The notes under the pieces are model-generated. The model saw only the letters and a list, made by a program, of their open reading frames with translations, did no database searches and was not told where the DNA came from. Of a DNA stretch of 64,000 bases, positions 41,475 through 51,133 are shown piece after piece. The DNA is taken from the NCBI GenBank assembly GCA_963727525.1, contig CAVSGO010000007.1:832001-896000 (forward strand). The letters are read 5' to 3'. Source of the DNA: an uncultured bacterium. GTDB taxonomy: Bacteria; Krumholzibacteriota; Krumholzibacteriia; LZORAL124-64-63. The translations under genes and the position numbers were made by a program. Position 1 is the first letter of the stretch, and each line of letters begins with the position of its first letter.

Positions 41475-41567
41475 AAGCAGAGGTCCGCCCTCTCACCGTC
41501 GCCGGCCCCGCGGGGAAGGAACGGTTAGCAATCCCGAGGCGGGCCATTGTGCCCGCCTCGTGGCGTT
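41475..41567 (+). promoter_or_regulatory. L20 (infC-rpmI-rplT) ribosomal leader-like RNA element
   Basis: AAGCAGAGGTCCGCCCTCTCACC resembles the L20-leader 5' motif; hairpin cgaggcgggc-cattgt-gcccgcctcg with an alternative pairing to gtccgcc. Confidence 0.55.
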
Positions 41568-41646
41568 TGGCCAGGGGACAGAAGGTCTCGTGGCGCATCA
41601 GCGTCGGGATACGGGGCGGCAGCGGATCGATGCAGGAGGTGGGTTT

Positions 41647-42171
41647 ATCAAGACCACTAAGACGACGCGCGTGAACCGGATGATCAAGATCCCGCGGGTT
41701 CTCGTCGTGGACGAGGCCGGGGAGCAACTCGGGGTACTGGACACCCGGGACGCCCTCGCGATCGCGGAGGAACGGGGACTGGACCTGGTCGAGGTCGCGC
41801 CGACGGCCCGCCCGCCCGTGTGCCGGATCATGGACTATGGCCGGTACAAGTACGAGCAGGCGAAGAAGGCCCGGAAGGCGAAGCAGACGACGCACACGAT
41901 CAAGGTCAAGACCATCAAGTTCCGGCCCAAGACCGATGACCACGACTACGACTTCAAGAAGAAGCACATCGTCGACTTCCTGGAGCACGGCAACAAGGTC
42001 AAGGTCATCATGCAGTTCCGTGGCCGCGAGATCTCGCATATCGATCTCGGTCTGGAGTTCCTTCTGCACCTCATCGAAGAGGTGTCGGAATATGGGTCGC
42101 CGGAGTCCACACCACAACGCGAGGGTCGTCTCATTACCTTCATCCTGGCGCCGAAGAAGGTCACGAAGTAG
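41647..42171 (+). CDS. infC: Translation initiation factor IF-3, probable ATC start codon
   Basis: RVN..I....V.VVDE.GEQLG, LDLVEVAP.ARPPVCRIMDYG; GGAGGT SD 6 nt before ATC. Confidence 0.93.
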   Translation: MKTTKTTRVNRMIKIPRVLVVDEAGEQLGVLDTRDALAIAEERGLDLVEVAPTARPPVCRIMDYGRYKYEQAKKARKAKQTTHTIKVKTIKFRPKTDDHDYDFKKKHIVDFLEHGNKVKVIMQFRGREISHIDLGLEFLLHLIEEVSEYGSPESTPQREGRLITFILAPKKVTK

Positions 42172-42194
42172 AGACAGGACAGAGAGGCAGCGAC

Positions 42195-42395
42195 ATGGGT
42201 AACAAGATGAAGACCAACCGTTCGGCCGCGAAGCGATTCAAGGCGACCGGCGGCGGGGGCCTCAAGCGAGGCAAGGCCTACCATGGCCACCTGTTCACGG
42301 CGAAGAGCGCCAAACGCAAGCGCAACCTGCGCAAGACCGGCATGATGGCCGCGTCGGATCTTTCCCGGGCGAAGCGGATGCTGGGCCACGGTTGA
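42195..42395 (+). CDS. rpmI: 50S ribosomal protein L35
   Basis: KMKTNRSAAKRFK.TG.G, H.F..KS.KRKR.LR. Confidence 0.95.
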   Translation: MGNKMKTNRSAAKRFKATGGGGLKRGKAYHGHLFTAKSAKRKRNLRKTGMMAASDLSRAKRMLGHG

Positions 42396-42441
42396 ACCGT
42401 TGACCGAGCACCCTGGCCACGGCATCTAAGGAGGCACGATC

Positions 42442-42795
42442 ATGCCGAGAGCGACAAACAATTCCGCCGCCAAGCAGCGGCGCAAACGCATCCTCGACCG
42501 CGCGAAGGGCTTCTACGGCGCGCCGAAGATGAGCATTCGCGAGGGGCGCCACTTCACCGAACGCGCCATGGCGTACGCCTACCGCGACCGCAAGGTGCGC
42601 AAGCGCGACTTCCGCAAGCTGTGGATCACGCGCATCAACGCGGCGGCCCGGATCAATGGGCTCAGCTACAGCCACTTCATCAACGGTCTGAAGAAAGCTC
42701 AGATCGAGATCGACCGGAAGGTGCTGGCGGAACTCGCGGTCCACGACGCGCCCGGATTCGCCAAGCTCGCCGAGGTCGCCCGGAACGCGCTGTAG
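42442..42795 (+). CDS. rplT: 50S ribosomal protein L20
   Basis: MPR...AKGFYG, YAYRDRKVRKRDFRKLWITRINAAAR. Confidence 0.97.
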   Translation: MPRATNNSAAKQRRKRILDRAKGFYGAPKMSIREGRHFTERAMAYAYRDRKVRKRDFRKLWITRINAAARINGLSYSHFINGLKKAQIEIDRKVLAELAVHDAPGFAKLAEVARNAL

Positions 42796-42819
42796 CCGCA
42801 GGTTGCGAAAGGCTGTGAC

Positions 42820-43845
42820 ATGTCCGCATCCCTCGACCGTTTCAAGGCCGAGGCTCTCGCGCAGATCGAGCAGGCCGCCACACCGCAGGATATCGAAGCG
42901 GTGCGGGTGCGCCTGCTCGGCCGCAAGGGCCAGCTTACCCAGCAACTGCGCAGCCTGAAGGACGTCGACGCCGAGGAGCGTCGCGCCCTCGGCGCAGCCC
43001 TGAATACGCTCAAGGAAGAGCTGACGGCGCGCCTCGAGGAGCGTGACCGGTCCCTCGCCGCCACCGTCGTGATGCAGGGGCCCACGGGCGACCTCACGCT
43101 GCCCGGACGTCCACCGGCGCCGCTGGGCACGCTCCATCCGCTGCAGACCGTGCTCGAGGAGATCAGCGATATCTTCTACGGCATGGGTTTCGATCGCGGC
43201 GAAGGGCCGGAGGTGGAGCTCGACTACTACAACTTCACCGCCCTGAACTTCCCTGACGACCATCCGGCGCGCGACATCCAGGACACGTTCTACATCTCGC
43301 CGCAGGTGTGCCTTCGTACACAGACGTCGCCCGTACAGGTGCGCACGATGGAGCGCGTGACGCCGCCGCTGGCCTACGTGTTCCCCGGTCGCGTCTATCG
43401 CAACGAGAGCAGCGATGCCTCGCACTCCTGCGAGTTCTACCAGATCGAGGGGCTGTGCGTGGATCGCGACGTCAGCCTGGCCGATCTTCACGTCACGGTG
43501 GACGCGTTCGTGCTCAGCTTCTTCGGCGAGGCGCGACCTACCCGGTTCCGGCCGCATTACTTTCCCTTCACCGAGCCGTCGGTGGAAGTGGACATGCAAT
43601 GCGTCAAGTGTGGTGGACGCGGCTGTGGCGTGTGTGGGCAGACGGGCTGGCTCGAGATCATGGGCGCCGGTATGGTCCACCCGAACGTCTTCAAGGCGGC
43701 GGGGTACCCGCCGGACGCATACACCGGCTACGCTTTCGGTATGGGCATCGATCGTATCGCCATGCAACGCTTTGCCATCGATGACATCCGCCTGCTCTAC
43801 GAGAACGATCTGCGTTTCCTCAACCAATTCCGAGGTGTGCTGTGA
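42820..43845 (+). CDS. pheS: Phenylalanyl-tRNA synthetase alpha subunit
   Basis: HPARDIQDTF, LRTQTSPVQ, FPFTEPS, GAGMVHPNV, GYAFGMG. Confidence 0.98.
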   Translation: MSASLDRFKAEALAQIEQAATPQDIEAVRVRLLGRKGQLTQQLRSLKDVDAEERRALGAALNTLKEELTARLEERDRSLAATVVMQGPTGDLTLPGRPPAPLGTLHPLQTVLEEISDIFYGMGFDRGEGPEVELDYYNFTALNFPDDHPARDIQDTFYISPQVCLRTQTSPVQVRTMERVTPPLAYVFPGRVYRNESSDASHSCEFYQIEGLCVDRDVSLADLHVTVDAFVLSFFGEARPTRFRPHYFPFTEPSVEVDMQCVKCGGRGCGVCGQTGWLEIMGAGMVHPNVFKAAGYPPDAYTGYAFGMGIDRIAMQRFAIDDIRLLYENDLRFLNQFRGVL

Positions 43846-46289
43846 AGATCAGCCTGGACTGGTTGCGGGACCTCGTGACCTGGAACGCCTCGCCGGCGGA
43901 ACTTGCCGAACGCCTCACGTCGGCCGGGCTCAATGTCGAGCACGTCGCGGAGATCGCCCTGACCTTTCCCGGCGTCGTGGTGGCGCGGGTCGTGGCGTGC
44001 GAGCGGCATCCCGCTGCCGACCGTTTGAGTCTCTGCCGGGTCGACGCGGGTGGTGACGAGCCGGTGCAGGTCGTGTGCGGAGCGCCTAACGTCCGCGAGG
44101 GTCTGTCGGTGTACTTCGCGCAGGTCGGGGCGGTGCTGCCAGGTGACTTCCGCATCAAGAAGGCGAAGATCCGCGGTGTCGAGAGCCACGGCATGATCTG
44201 TTCCGAGAGCGAGCTGGGGCTGAGCGCGGAGTCGTCCGGGATCATGGAACTGCGGGATGCGCCGGCGCCGGGCACGTCCGCCGACACGCTGATCGGTTTC
44301 CGCGATACGGTGCTCGACATCGAGGTGACGCCCAATCGCCCCGATTGGCTGAGCCACATCGGCGTGGCGCGCGAGGTCGCGGCGCTCTATGGCACCAAGG
44401 TCACGTTGCCGCCGACATGGTCGCCGCAGCAGAGCGGCAGCCTGGGCTGGAAAGTGGAGGTTGCGAGCTTCGGCGACTGCCCGCGATACACGGCGCACGG
44501 GGCCGACGAGGTTGCGGTGGCGCCGTCGCCGCGCTGGATGCAGAACCGGCTGCGCGCCGTCGGGCAGCGGCCGATCAACAACGTCGTCGACATCACCAAC
44601 TACGTGCTGCTCGAACTGGGCCAGCCGTTGCACGCGTTCGACCGGGAGAAACTCCAGGGCGATACGCTACGGGTGCGGCGCGCCGGGACCAGGCAGACCG
44701 TGGTCACGCTCGATGACGTCTCGCGCGAGATCGACGCGGACGACCTCGTGATCGCCGACGCGAACGGTCCGGTGGCTCTGGCCGGGGTCATGGGCCTCGC
44801 GAACAGCGAAGTCACACCGGGGTCCACCTCGATCCTGCTGGAGAGCGCATTCTTCGCGCCCCTCCTGGTGCGGCGCACGAGCCGCCGGCTGAATCTCGTG
44901 AGCGAGTCGTCGTATCGATTCGAACGTGAGGCCGACTGGGACATGGTGCGTTTCGCGGCGCATCGTGCCCTCGCCCTGCTGCAGGATCTCGCCGGTGCCA
45001 CCATCGTCAGCGAGTGCGTCGACCGCGCCGATCCCGAGCGGCGTCCGCACCCCGACCTTCCGCTGCGCGTCAGCCAGGTGAACCGCGTACTCGGCACGGA
45101 CATCAGCGTGGAGGAGGCGGCCGGATTGGTCCAGCGCCTTGGCCTGAAGGTGCAGCCTCTCGGTGGATCGCGCGGCGCGAACGTGGTCAACATGATGGTC
45201 GCGGTACCGAGCTTCCGGCGCGACCTCGTGCAGGAAGTCGACCTCATCGAGGAGATCGCGCGCACGCATGGTCTCGATCGCGGTGCCGGCAAGGGGCGCG
45301 CGCGCGGCGGCAGCGGCGTGGCGCGACGGCTCGGCGACCGGGTCCAGGCGTACCTGCGCCACCACCTGGCCGCGGTCGGGTACCACGAGATCGTCACCTC
45401 GACGTTCTTCACGCGACGCGACCTCGAGGCGCTCGCGCTGCCGGCCGACGACGTGCGCAGCGAGTGCCTGGCCGTGCTCAGCCCGGATCACGGCGGCGAA
45501 ACGCTGCTGCGCTCGTCCCTCGTGCCCAGTTTCATCGACGTGGCGCGGCGCAATCTCAACGCCGGGGCGACGTCGCCCGTGCGCTTGTTCCAGATCAACC
45601 GCGTCTACTGGCCGCGGGGCGAGCGGCCGCACCCCAGGCGCCACGACGATGAGCGTCTTCTGCCGGAGGAGCCGCTCGTGCTGCAGCTCGGGCTGGCGGG
45701 AGACGTGGGGCCGGGTCTTGGCGACCTGCCCGGCGATCTCGTGGAGCTGAAGGGCCTGGTCGGGGAACTCGCCGCGGCGCTGCGCGTCGCCCTCGTGCTC
45801 GAGCCGACGGATGTGGAACCGTACCTGGTCGCGGGACAGCAGTGGGCCGTCCTCGACGGGGCGGGCCGTCGGGTGGGCACGGCCGGTCGGCTGGCCGCGT
45901 CCGTCACCGGCGCCCTGGATCTCGACCAGCCGGTGGCGCTCGCGGAGATCACGCTCTCGAGCCTCGATCTCACCCCCGCCACGACCACGTACCGAGCCTT
46001 CGTACGCTTCCCGGCAGTGAAGCGCGATCTGTCGCTCCTGGTGCCCGCAGGCGTGACCTACGCGCGCGTCGCGGCGGTGCTGCGCGAGTCGGGTGGCACG
46101 CTCCTGACGAACCTGGAACTCTTTGATATTTATCGAGGTAAGGGCCTTCCGCCGGACATGTCGGCCTATGGAATTCGCTTGAAGTTCCAGTCTGACAAGG
46201 GTAATTTGACGGGAGAGCGCGTGGACCAGACCCTGGCAGGGATGCTGGGGGCTCTGGGCGAGCAGCTCGGAGTGCAGCAACGCAGCTGA
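43842..46289 (+). CDS. pheT: Phenylalanyl-tRNA synthetase beta subunit
   Basis: VVCGAPNV, TPNRPDWLS, NNVVDITNYV, DLIEEIAR, FP.VKRDLS. Confidence 0.97.
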   Translation: MKISLDWLRDLVTWNASPAELAERLTSAGLNVEHVAEIALTFPGVVVARVVACERHPAADRLSLCRVDAGGDEPVQVVCGAPNVREGLSVYFAQVGAVLPGDFRIKKAKIRGVESHGMICSESELGLSAESSGIMELRDAPAPGTSADTLIGFRDTVLDIEVTPNRPDWLSHIGVAREVAALYGTKVTLPPTWSPQQSGSLGWKVEVASFGDCPRYTAHGADEVAVAPSPRWMQNRLRAVGQRPINNVVDITNYVLLELGQPLHAFDREKLQGDTLRVRRAGTRQTVVTLDDVSREIDADDLVIADANGPVALAGVMGLANSEVTPGSTSILLESAFFAPLLVRRTSRRLNLVSESSYRFEREADWDMVRFAAHRALALLQDLAGATIVSECVDRADPERRPHPDLPLRVSQVNRVLGTDISVEEAAGLVQRLGLKVQPLGGSRGANVVNMMVAVPSFRRDLVQEVDLIEEIARTHGLDRGAGKGRARGGSGVARRLGDRVQAYLRHHLAAVGYHEIVTSTFFTRRDLEALALPADDVRSECLAVLSPDHGGETLLRSSLVPSFIDVARRNLNAGATSPVRLFQINRVYWPRGERPHPRRHDDERLLPEEPLVLQLGLAGDVGPGLGDLPGDLVELKGLVGELAAALRVALVLEPTDVEPYLVAGQQWAVLDGAGRRVGTAGRLAASVTGALDLDQPVALAEITLSSLDLTPATTTYRAFVRFPAVKRDLSLLVPAGVTYARVAAVLRESGGTLLTNLELFDIYRGKGLPPDMSAYGIRLKFQSDKGNLTGERVDQTLAGMLGALGEQLGVQQRS

Positions 46290-46330
46290 AGGTGCCGCGA
46301 CACGCGGCGAGCAAAGGGATTTGCGCCAGC

Positions 46331-46600
46331 ATGGACGACTCCATCGGCAGACTCGAGGGCAAGGTTCTCGAGGCCATCGCATTGATCCAGAACCTGCGGC
46401 AAGAGAACACGCAGCTCCGGGAACGGTGCCAGACGCAGGAAAGCAGCGCCGACGACTTGCGGGCGACCGTCGCTCGCCTTCAGCGCGAGCTCGGCGATGC
46501 GCAGCAGACCGCGGATCAGGTCACGCAGTTCGAGGAGAAGCGCAGGATCATCGAGGAGAAGGTCGGAGGCTTGCTGGAGAAGCTGGAAGCCATGGGCTAG
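46331..46600 (+). CDS. zapB: Coiled-coil cell division protein, ZapB-like
   Basis: LEGKV..AI..I..LR.EN coiled coil; lies between pheT and zapA. Confidence 0.65.
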   Translation: MDDSIGRLEGKVLEAIALIQNLRQENTQLRERCQTQESSADDLRATVARLQRELGDAQQTADQVTQFEEKRRIIEEKVGGLLEKLEAMG

Positions 46601-46668
46601 ACCAGCGCGCCCCGGGGACGGCACTCGTGGCGTTTACCAGCCGGGCGCAATGGAAGGGACCTGGGACG

Positions 46669-46977
46669 ATGTCCGATCCCGGCGTGATCACTGTTACCAT
46701 CTACGGACGCGAGTATTCGCTCCGGACCACGGAAGACCCGGCCTATCTGGCAGAGCTGGCTCGACGCGTGGATGCGCAGATGCGCGAGGCCGTGGCGGGG
46801 GGGGCGGATTCGTCCGCGCTCCGGGCCGCCGTGCTCGCGGCGCTCAACATGGCCGACGAGCTCGACCAGCAGAGACGGACGCTGGATGCCGATCGCGCGC
46901 GGGTCGGTGCCCGGACGGGGAAGTTGGAACGGATGCTCGCGGAAGAGGTTGGCAAGAACCACGTCGGGGGCGTATAA
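46669..46977 (+). CDS. zapA: Cell division protein ZapA
   Basis: VTIYGREY.L, YL..LA..VD..M, AVLAALN.ADEL. Confidence 0.9.
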   Translation: MSDPGVITVTIYGREYSLRTTEDPAYLAELARRVDAQMREAVAGGADSSALRAAVLAALNMADELDQQRRTLDADRARVGARTGKLERMLAEEVGKNHVGGV

Positions 46978-46985
46978 TGATCTTG

Positions 46986-47167
46986 AAGGTTCCCTGCTCG
47001 GACCGTGATGTGTCACACAAGTGAGCCAACACTCCGTAAATGGGATTCCGGAGTTTCGTCGATGAGGTCCCACCCTTGCGGGCGGAAGCCGAAGCGGCGG
47101 ACAGGAAACCCACCTGAGGCGACTAGGTTCAGTTGCTTCTGACGCACACGCCCTGGCGGGGAATCTT
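46986..47167 (+). ncRNA. ssrS: 6S RNA
   Basis: About 180-nt rod closed by aaggttccctgc/gcggggaatctt; conserved zapA-ssrS-rny position; TATAAT at 46973-46978 just upstream. Confidence 0.82.
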
Positions 47168-47220
47168 TGTGTCCGCCCGCCCGGTTCGCTCGGCCCTCCG
47201 CATACAGGAAAGGAGACGAC

Positions 47221-48783
47221 ATGGTGCCCACCACGGCATGGTTGGGGCTGGTCGTTGCGGCTTTGCTGGGCTGCGCCATCGGCTGGTTGGCCCATCGCTG
47301 GCGGATCTCGACGCAGCGGACACGCGCGCATCACGATCGCGATGTCATCCTCGCGGAGGCGCGCAAGGAGGCGGCGGACGTCGCCAAGGCCGCCAAGCTC
47401 GAAGCTCGCGAGGAAGTGGTCCAGGCGCGACAGCGCTTCGATACCGATACCGAGCGGGTGCGTCACGAGCACGCGCGGCGCACCGAGGCGCTCGACCAGC
47501 GTGACACGACGCTGGCCGAAAAGGCCGCATTCTTCGACAAGAAGGAGGCGCGCCTCGATCAGTTCGAACAGGATCTCAAGAAACAGTTCGCGGATCTCGC
47601 AGTGCGGCAGCGCGAGGTCGAGTCGCTCCAGCAGGAACAGGCTGCGAGGCTCGAGCAGGTCGCGGGGATGAGCGCCGAACAGGCTCGTGAAACCCTCGTG
47701 GCGAAGATGGTCGACTCCGCCCGCCTCGCGGCCGCGCGGCAGGTGAAACAAGTGCGCGATGACGCGGAGCGCACATCCAAGCGCGACGCGCAGAAGATCC
47801 TCAGCCTCGCGGTGCAACGCTACGCGGCCGAACATGTGGCCGAGGAGTCGGTCGCTGTCGTCGACCTTCCGAATGACGAGATGAAGGGCCGCATCATCGG
47901 CCGCGAGGGGCGCAACATCCGCGCCTTCGAGGTGGCGACCGGTGTCGATGTGATCATCGACGATACCCCGGAGGCGGTCATCATCTCGGCTTTCGATCCG
48001 GTGCGGCGCGAGATCGCGCACCAGTCGCTGCGCCGTCTGATCAAGGATGGCCGGATCCATCCCGGGCGCATCGAGGAAGTCGTGGCCAAGATCACGCAGG
48101 AAGTGCAGGAGCAACTGCGCGAACTCGGTGAACAGGCCTGCCTCGACGCCGGGATCCAGAACGTGCACACGGATCTGATCCCGTACATCGGGCGCCTGCA
48201 CTACCGCACGAGCTACGGCCAGAATCTCCTGGTGCACAGCCGCGAGGTGTCGGCGGTGGCCGGCGTGATCGCGGGCGAGCTGGGACTCGACGTGAAGCTG
48301 GCGCGTCGCTGCGGCTTCCTGCACGACATCGGCAAGGGCGTGGATCACGAGGTCGAGGGTCCGCACGCGGCGATCGGCGGCAAACTCCTGCGGAAGTTCG
48401 GGGAATCGGACATCGTGATCAACGCGGTCGAGGGTCATCACAACGACGTGGAACCGATCTCCGAGTACACGTACATCACGTCGGCGGCCGACGCGGCCTC
48501 GGCCTCGCGTCCGGGAGCCCGGCGCGAGAGTATCGAGTCGTACGTCAAGCGCCTGGAGAGTCTCGAGAAGATCGCGGAGAGTTTCGATGGCGTGGAGAAA
48601 TCATACGCGATCCAGGCTGGCCGCGAGATCCGCATCCTGGTGGACCATGCGCGCGTGAGCGATGCCGAGGCGGCCCTCCTCGCCGAGGAAGTGAGCCGCC
48701 GCGTGGAAGCGGAGCTGGAGTATCCGGGGCAGATCAAGGTGATGGTGATCCGGGAGACGCGCGCGACGGCGGTGGCGCGATGA
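47221..48783 (+). CDS. rny: Ribonuclease Y
   Basis: N-terminal TM helix, coiled coil, KH domain (KGRIIGREGRNIR), HD domain (RTSYGQN..HS, LHDIGK). Confidence 0.97.
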   Translation: MVPTTAWLGLVVAALLGCAIGWLAHRWRISTQRTRAHHDRDVILAEARKEAADVAKAAKLEAREEVVQARQRFDTDTERVRHEHARRTEALDQRDTTLAEKAAFFDKKEARLDQFEQDLKKQFADLAVRQREVESLQQEQAARLEQVAGMSAEQARETLVAKMVDSARLAAARQVKQVRDDAERTSKRDAQKILSLAVQRYAAEHVAEESVAVVDLPNDEMKGRIIGREGRNIRAFEVATGVDVIIDDTPEAVIISAFDPVRREIAHQSLRRLIKDGRIHPGRIEEVVAKITQEVQEQLRELGEQACLDAGIQNVHTDLIPYIGRLHYRTSYGQNLLVHSREVSAVAGVIAGELGLDVKLARRCGFLHDIGKGVDHEVEGPHAAIGGKLLRKFGESDIVINAVEGHHNDVEPISEYTYITSAADAASASRPGARRESIESYVKRLESLEKIAESFDGVEKSYAIQAGREIRILVDHARVSDAEAALLAEEVSRRVEAELEYPGQIKVMVIRETRATAVAR

Positions 48784-49658
48784 TCCTGCTGAAGGGGACG
48801 ACGGTTCGCGACGCGGTCCTGGCAGAACTGACGACGAAGGTGGCCGGCGCCGCGCGCAAGCCTGGCCTGGCGGTGATCCTGGTGGGCGACGACCCGGCCT
48901 CGGCCGTGTACGTGCGCAACAAGGAGAAAGGTTGCGACGCCGTCGGGTTCCACCACGAGACGCTGCGACTGCCGGCCGAATCGTCGGAAGCGGACGTCCT
49001 CGCGCTGGTGGCGCGCTTCAATGCCGACCCGCGCATCGACGGCATCCTCGTGCAGATGCCCCTTCCGCCGCAAATCGATAGCGACCACGTGCTCCAGACC
49101 GTGGATCCGCTCAAGGACGTCGACGGATTCCACCCTGAGAACCTCGGTCTGCTCGTCACGGGCCAGCCGCGCACCGTCGCGTGCACGCCGAAGGGCGTGT
49201 TGCGCCTGCTCGCACACTACGAGATCCCGGTCGCCGGCCGGCGCGTGGCGGTGGTGGGCCGCAGCGTGATCGTCGGCCGGCCGCTGTCGCTGCTGCTCAC
49301 GCTCAAGGGCGCGCTCGGCGACGCGACCGTCACGATGTGCCACTCGCGCACGCGCGACCTGGCGTCGGTGACTCGCGAGGCGGACATCGTCGTGGCGGCG
49401 ATCGGCGTGCCGCACGCTCTCGGCCGGGAGCATGTCGCGCGCGGCGCCACGGTGGTCGACGTCGGGATCAACCGCGTGGACGATCCGCAGGCGAAACGGG
49501 GTTACCGACTCGTGGGAGATGTCGATGCGGCTGCCATGGCGGACCATGCCGGGGCGCTGACCCCCGTGCCCGGGGGCGTGGGCCCGATGACCATCGCCAT
49601 GCTGCTGGAGAACACGTTCGAGGCGATGCTGCGACGCGAGGGAGCCGCGCGTGGTTGA
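48780..49658 (+). CDS. folD: Methylene-THF dehydrogenase/cyclohydrolase
   Basis: GDDPAS.VYV.NK, KDVDGFHP, GRS.IVGRP, TPVPGGVGPMT. Confidence 0.96.
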   Translation: MILLKGTTVRDAVLAELTTKVAGAARKPGLAVILVGDDPASAVYVRNKEKGCDAVGFHHETLRLPAESSEADVLALVARFNADPRIDGILVQMPLPPQIDSDHVLQTVDPLKDVDGFHPENLGLLVTGQPRTVACTPKGVLRLLAHYEIPVAGRRVAVVGRSVIVGRPLSLLLTLKGALGDATVTMCHSRTRDLASVTREADIVVAAIGVPHALGREHVARGATVVDVGINRVDDPQAKRGYRLVGDVDAAAMADHAGALTPVPGGVGPMTIAMLLENTFEAMLRREGAARG

Positions 49659-50559
49659 GGTTGACTGGCAGCGGGACCTCGCGCGCCAACGTCGGGAGTG
49701 CGAGACCGAGCTGCAACGGATCATGCGCGACCATCGCGGCGTGCCGCCACGCCTGCGGCAGGCGATGGCGCACAGCCTCTTCAGCGGTGGCAAGCGCCTG
49801 CGACCGGTCCTGGCTGCGTGGTGCTGCGATGCCTTCGCATCCCGTCGTCGTGACGCGGACGTTGCGCACCGGTTGGCTCTACTCGCCGGCGCAGCGCTCG
49901 AGATGATCCACACGTATTCGCTCATCCATGACGACCTGCCCGCGATGGACGACGATGTCCTGCGGCGCGGGCGTCCCACCTGCCACGTCGCGTTCGACGA
50001 GGCCACGGCGATCCTCGCGGGCGATGCTCTGCAAGCGCTGGCCTTCGAGGTCCTCGCCGGTGCGGGCAAACGCGCGGCCACGCTGGTGGCGTTGATCGCG
50101 CAGGCGGCCGGGCCGGCTGGCATGGCCGGGGGCCAGCACGACGATCTGCGTGCCGAGGGGCAGACCGTGACCGCCGCCGCGGTCCGTCGGATCCATCTGC
50201 GCAAGACCGCGGTCCTGATCGCGGCCAGCCTCGCCGCCGGCGCGGTCTGCGCCGGTGCGCCCAGTGCCCGGGTGGAGAGCGTGGCGAAAGCCGGCATCGA
50301 TCTCGGACTCGCTTTCCAGGGAGCCGACGATGTCCTCGACGTGACGGCGACGAGTGATCAGCTGGGCAAGAGCGCGGGCAAGGACGTAGCTGCCGGCAAG
50401 GCCACCCATATCCGGGTCGCCGGACTCGCCGCGGCGCAGGCGCGCGCACGCCGCGACGGTGAGCGAGGCTTGCATGCCCTGCGCGCTGCGGTGCCCGCGG
50501 GTGCGGCGGCCGAGCGGCTATTCCTGCTGGCGAACGCCATGTGGCAGCGTCAGCGCTGA
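49651..50559 (+). CDS. ispA: Polyprenyl (farnesyl/geranylgeranyl) diphosphate synthase
   Basis: GGKRLRP, SLIHDDLPAMDDD.LRRG.PT.H, AFQ..DD.LD, GKD...GK. Confidence 0.9.
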   Translation: MVEVDWQRDLARQRRECETELQRIMRDHRGVPPRLRQAMAHSLFSGGKRLRPVLAAWCCDAFASRRRDADVAHRLALLAGAALEMIHTYSLIHDDLPAMDDDVLRRGRPTCHVAFDEATAILAGDALQALAFEVLAGAGKRAATLVALIAQAAGPAGMAGGQHDDLRAEGQTVTAAAVRRIHLRKTAVLIAASLAAGAVCAGAPSARVESVAKAGIDLGLAFQGADDVLDVTATSDQLGKSAGKDVAAGKATHIRVAGLAAAQARARRDGERGLHALRAAVPAGAAAERLFLLANAMWQRQR

Positions 50560-50595
50560 GGCTCTTGCGCCCGGGCGGCGGCGAGGAGGTCACCC

Positions 50596-51045
50596 ATGCC
50601 AGCGAGTCCCCGTGGACTGGATATCTGGCTCGTGGTGCTGCTCTGCGCCGTGAGTTGCCAGTTTCTGAAGCTCCTCCTGTATTCCGCCGCGCAGAGGCGC
50701 CTGCACCTGGCCATTCTTGGCCAGAGCGCCGGGTTGCCCAGCCTGCACGCGGCGGTCGGCGCCTCGCTGCTGACCATGATGGTCATTCGGGCCGGTTGGC
50801 AGGCCGAGGAGACGGCGGTGGCGATGGTGCTGGCCGTGATCACGGTATTCGACGCGATCCGTGTGCGTGGCGCCACCCAGGCCCAGCGGCGGCTGGTGCA
50901 CGATCTGATCCTGCTCACCCCTGAGGCCGGGCCGCTGCGGCGCCAGGTAGTCGGATACCTTGATATCCTGGCCCACGCACCCGTACACGTCGTCGCCGGG
51001 ATCATCTGGGGGGCGCTTTTCGCAGTAGCTTTGGGGACGGCATAG
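50596..51045 (+). CDS. Divergent PAP2 family (DUF212)-like membrane protein
   Basis: Q.LK, GLPSLHAA, DAIRVR....Q, HAP..V.AG; ispA-DUF212-dxs synteny. Confidence 0.7.
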   Translation: MPASPRGLDIWLVVLLCAVSCQFLKLLLYSAAQRRLHLAILGQSAGLPSLHAAVGASLLTMMVIRAGWQAEETAVAMVLAVITVFDAIRVRGATQAQRRLVHDLILLTPEAGPLRRQVVGYLDILAHAPVHVVAGIIWGALFAVALGTA

Positions 51046-51133
51046 CGTTAGGTTTTTATGCAGACCGACTGCACGAACGGGCCAGAGGCCCGATCGGACG
51101 CGACGTGACCGGTTGACGAAAGGTCGACGAACC

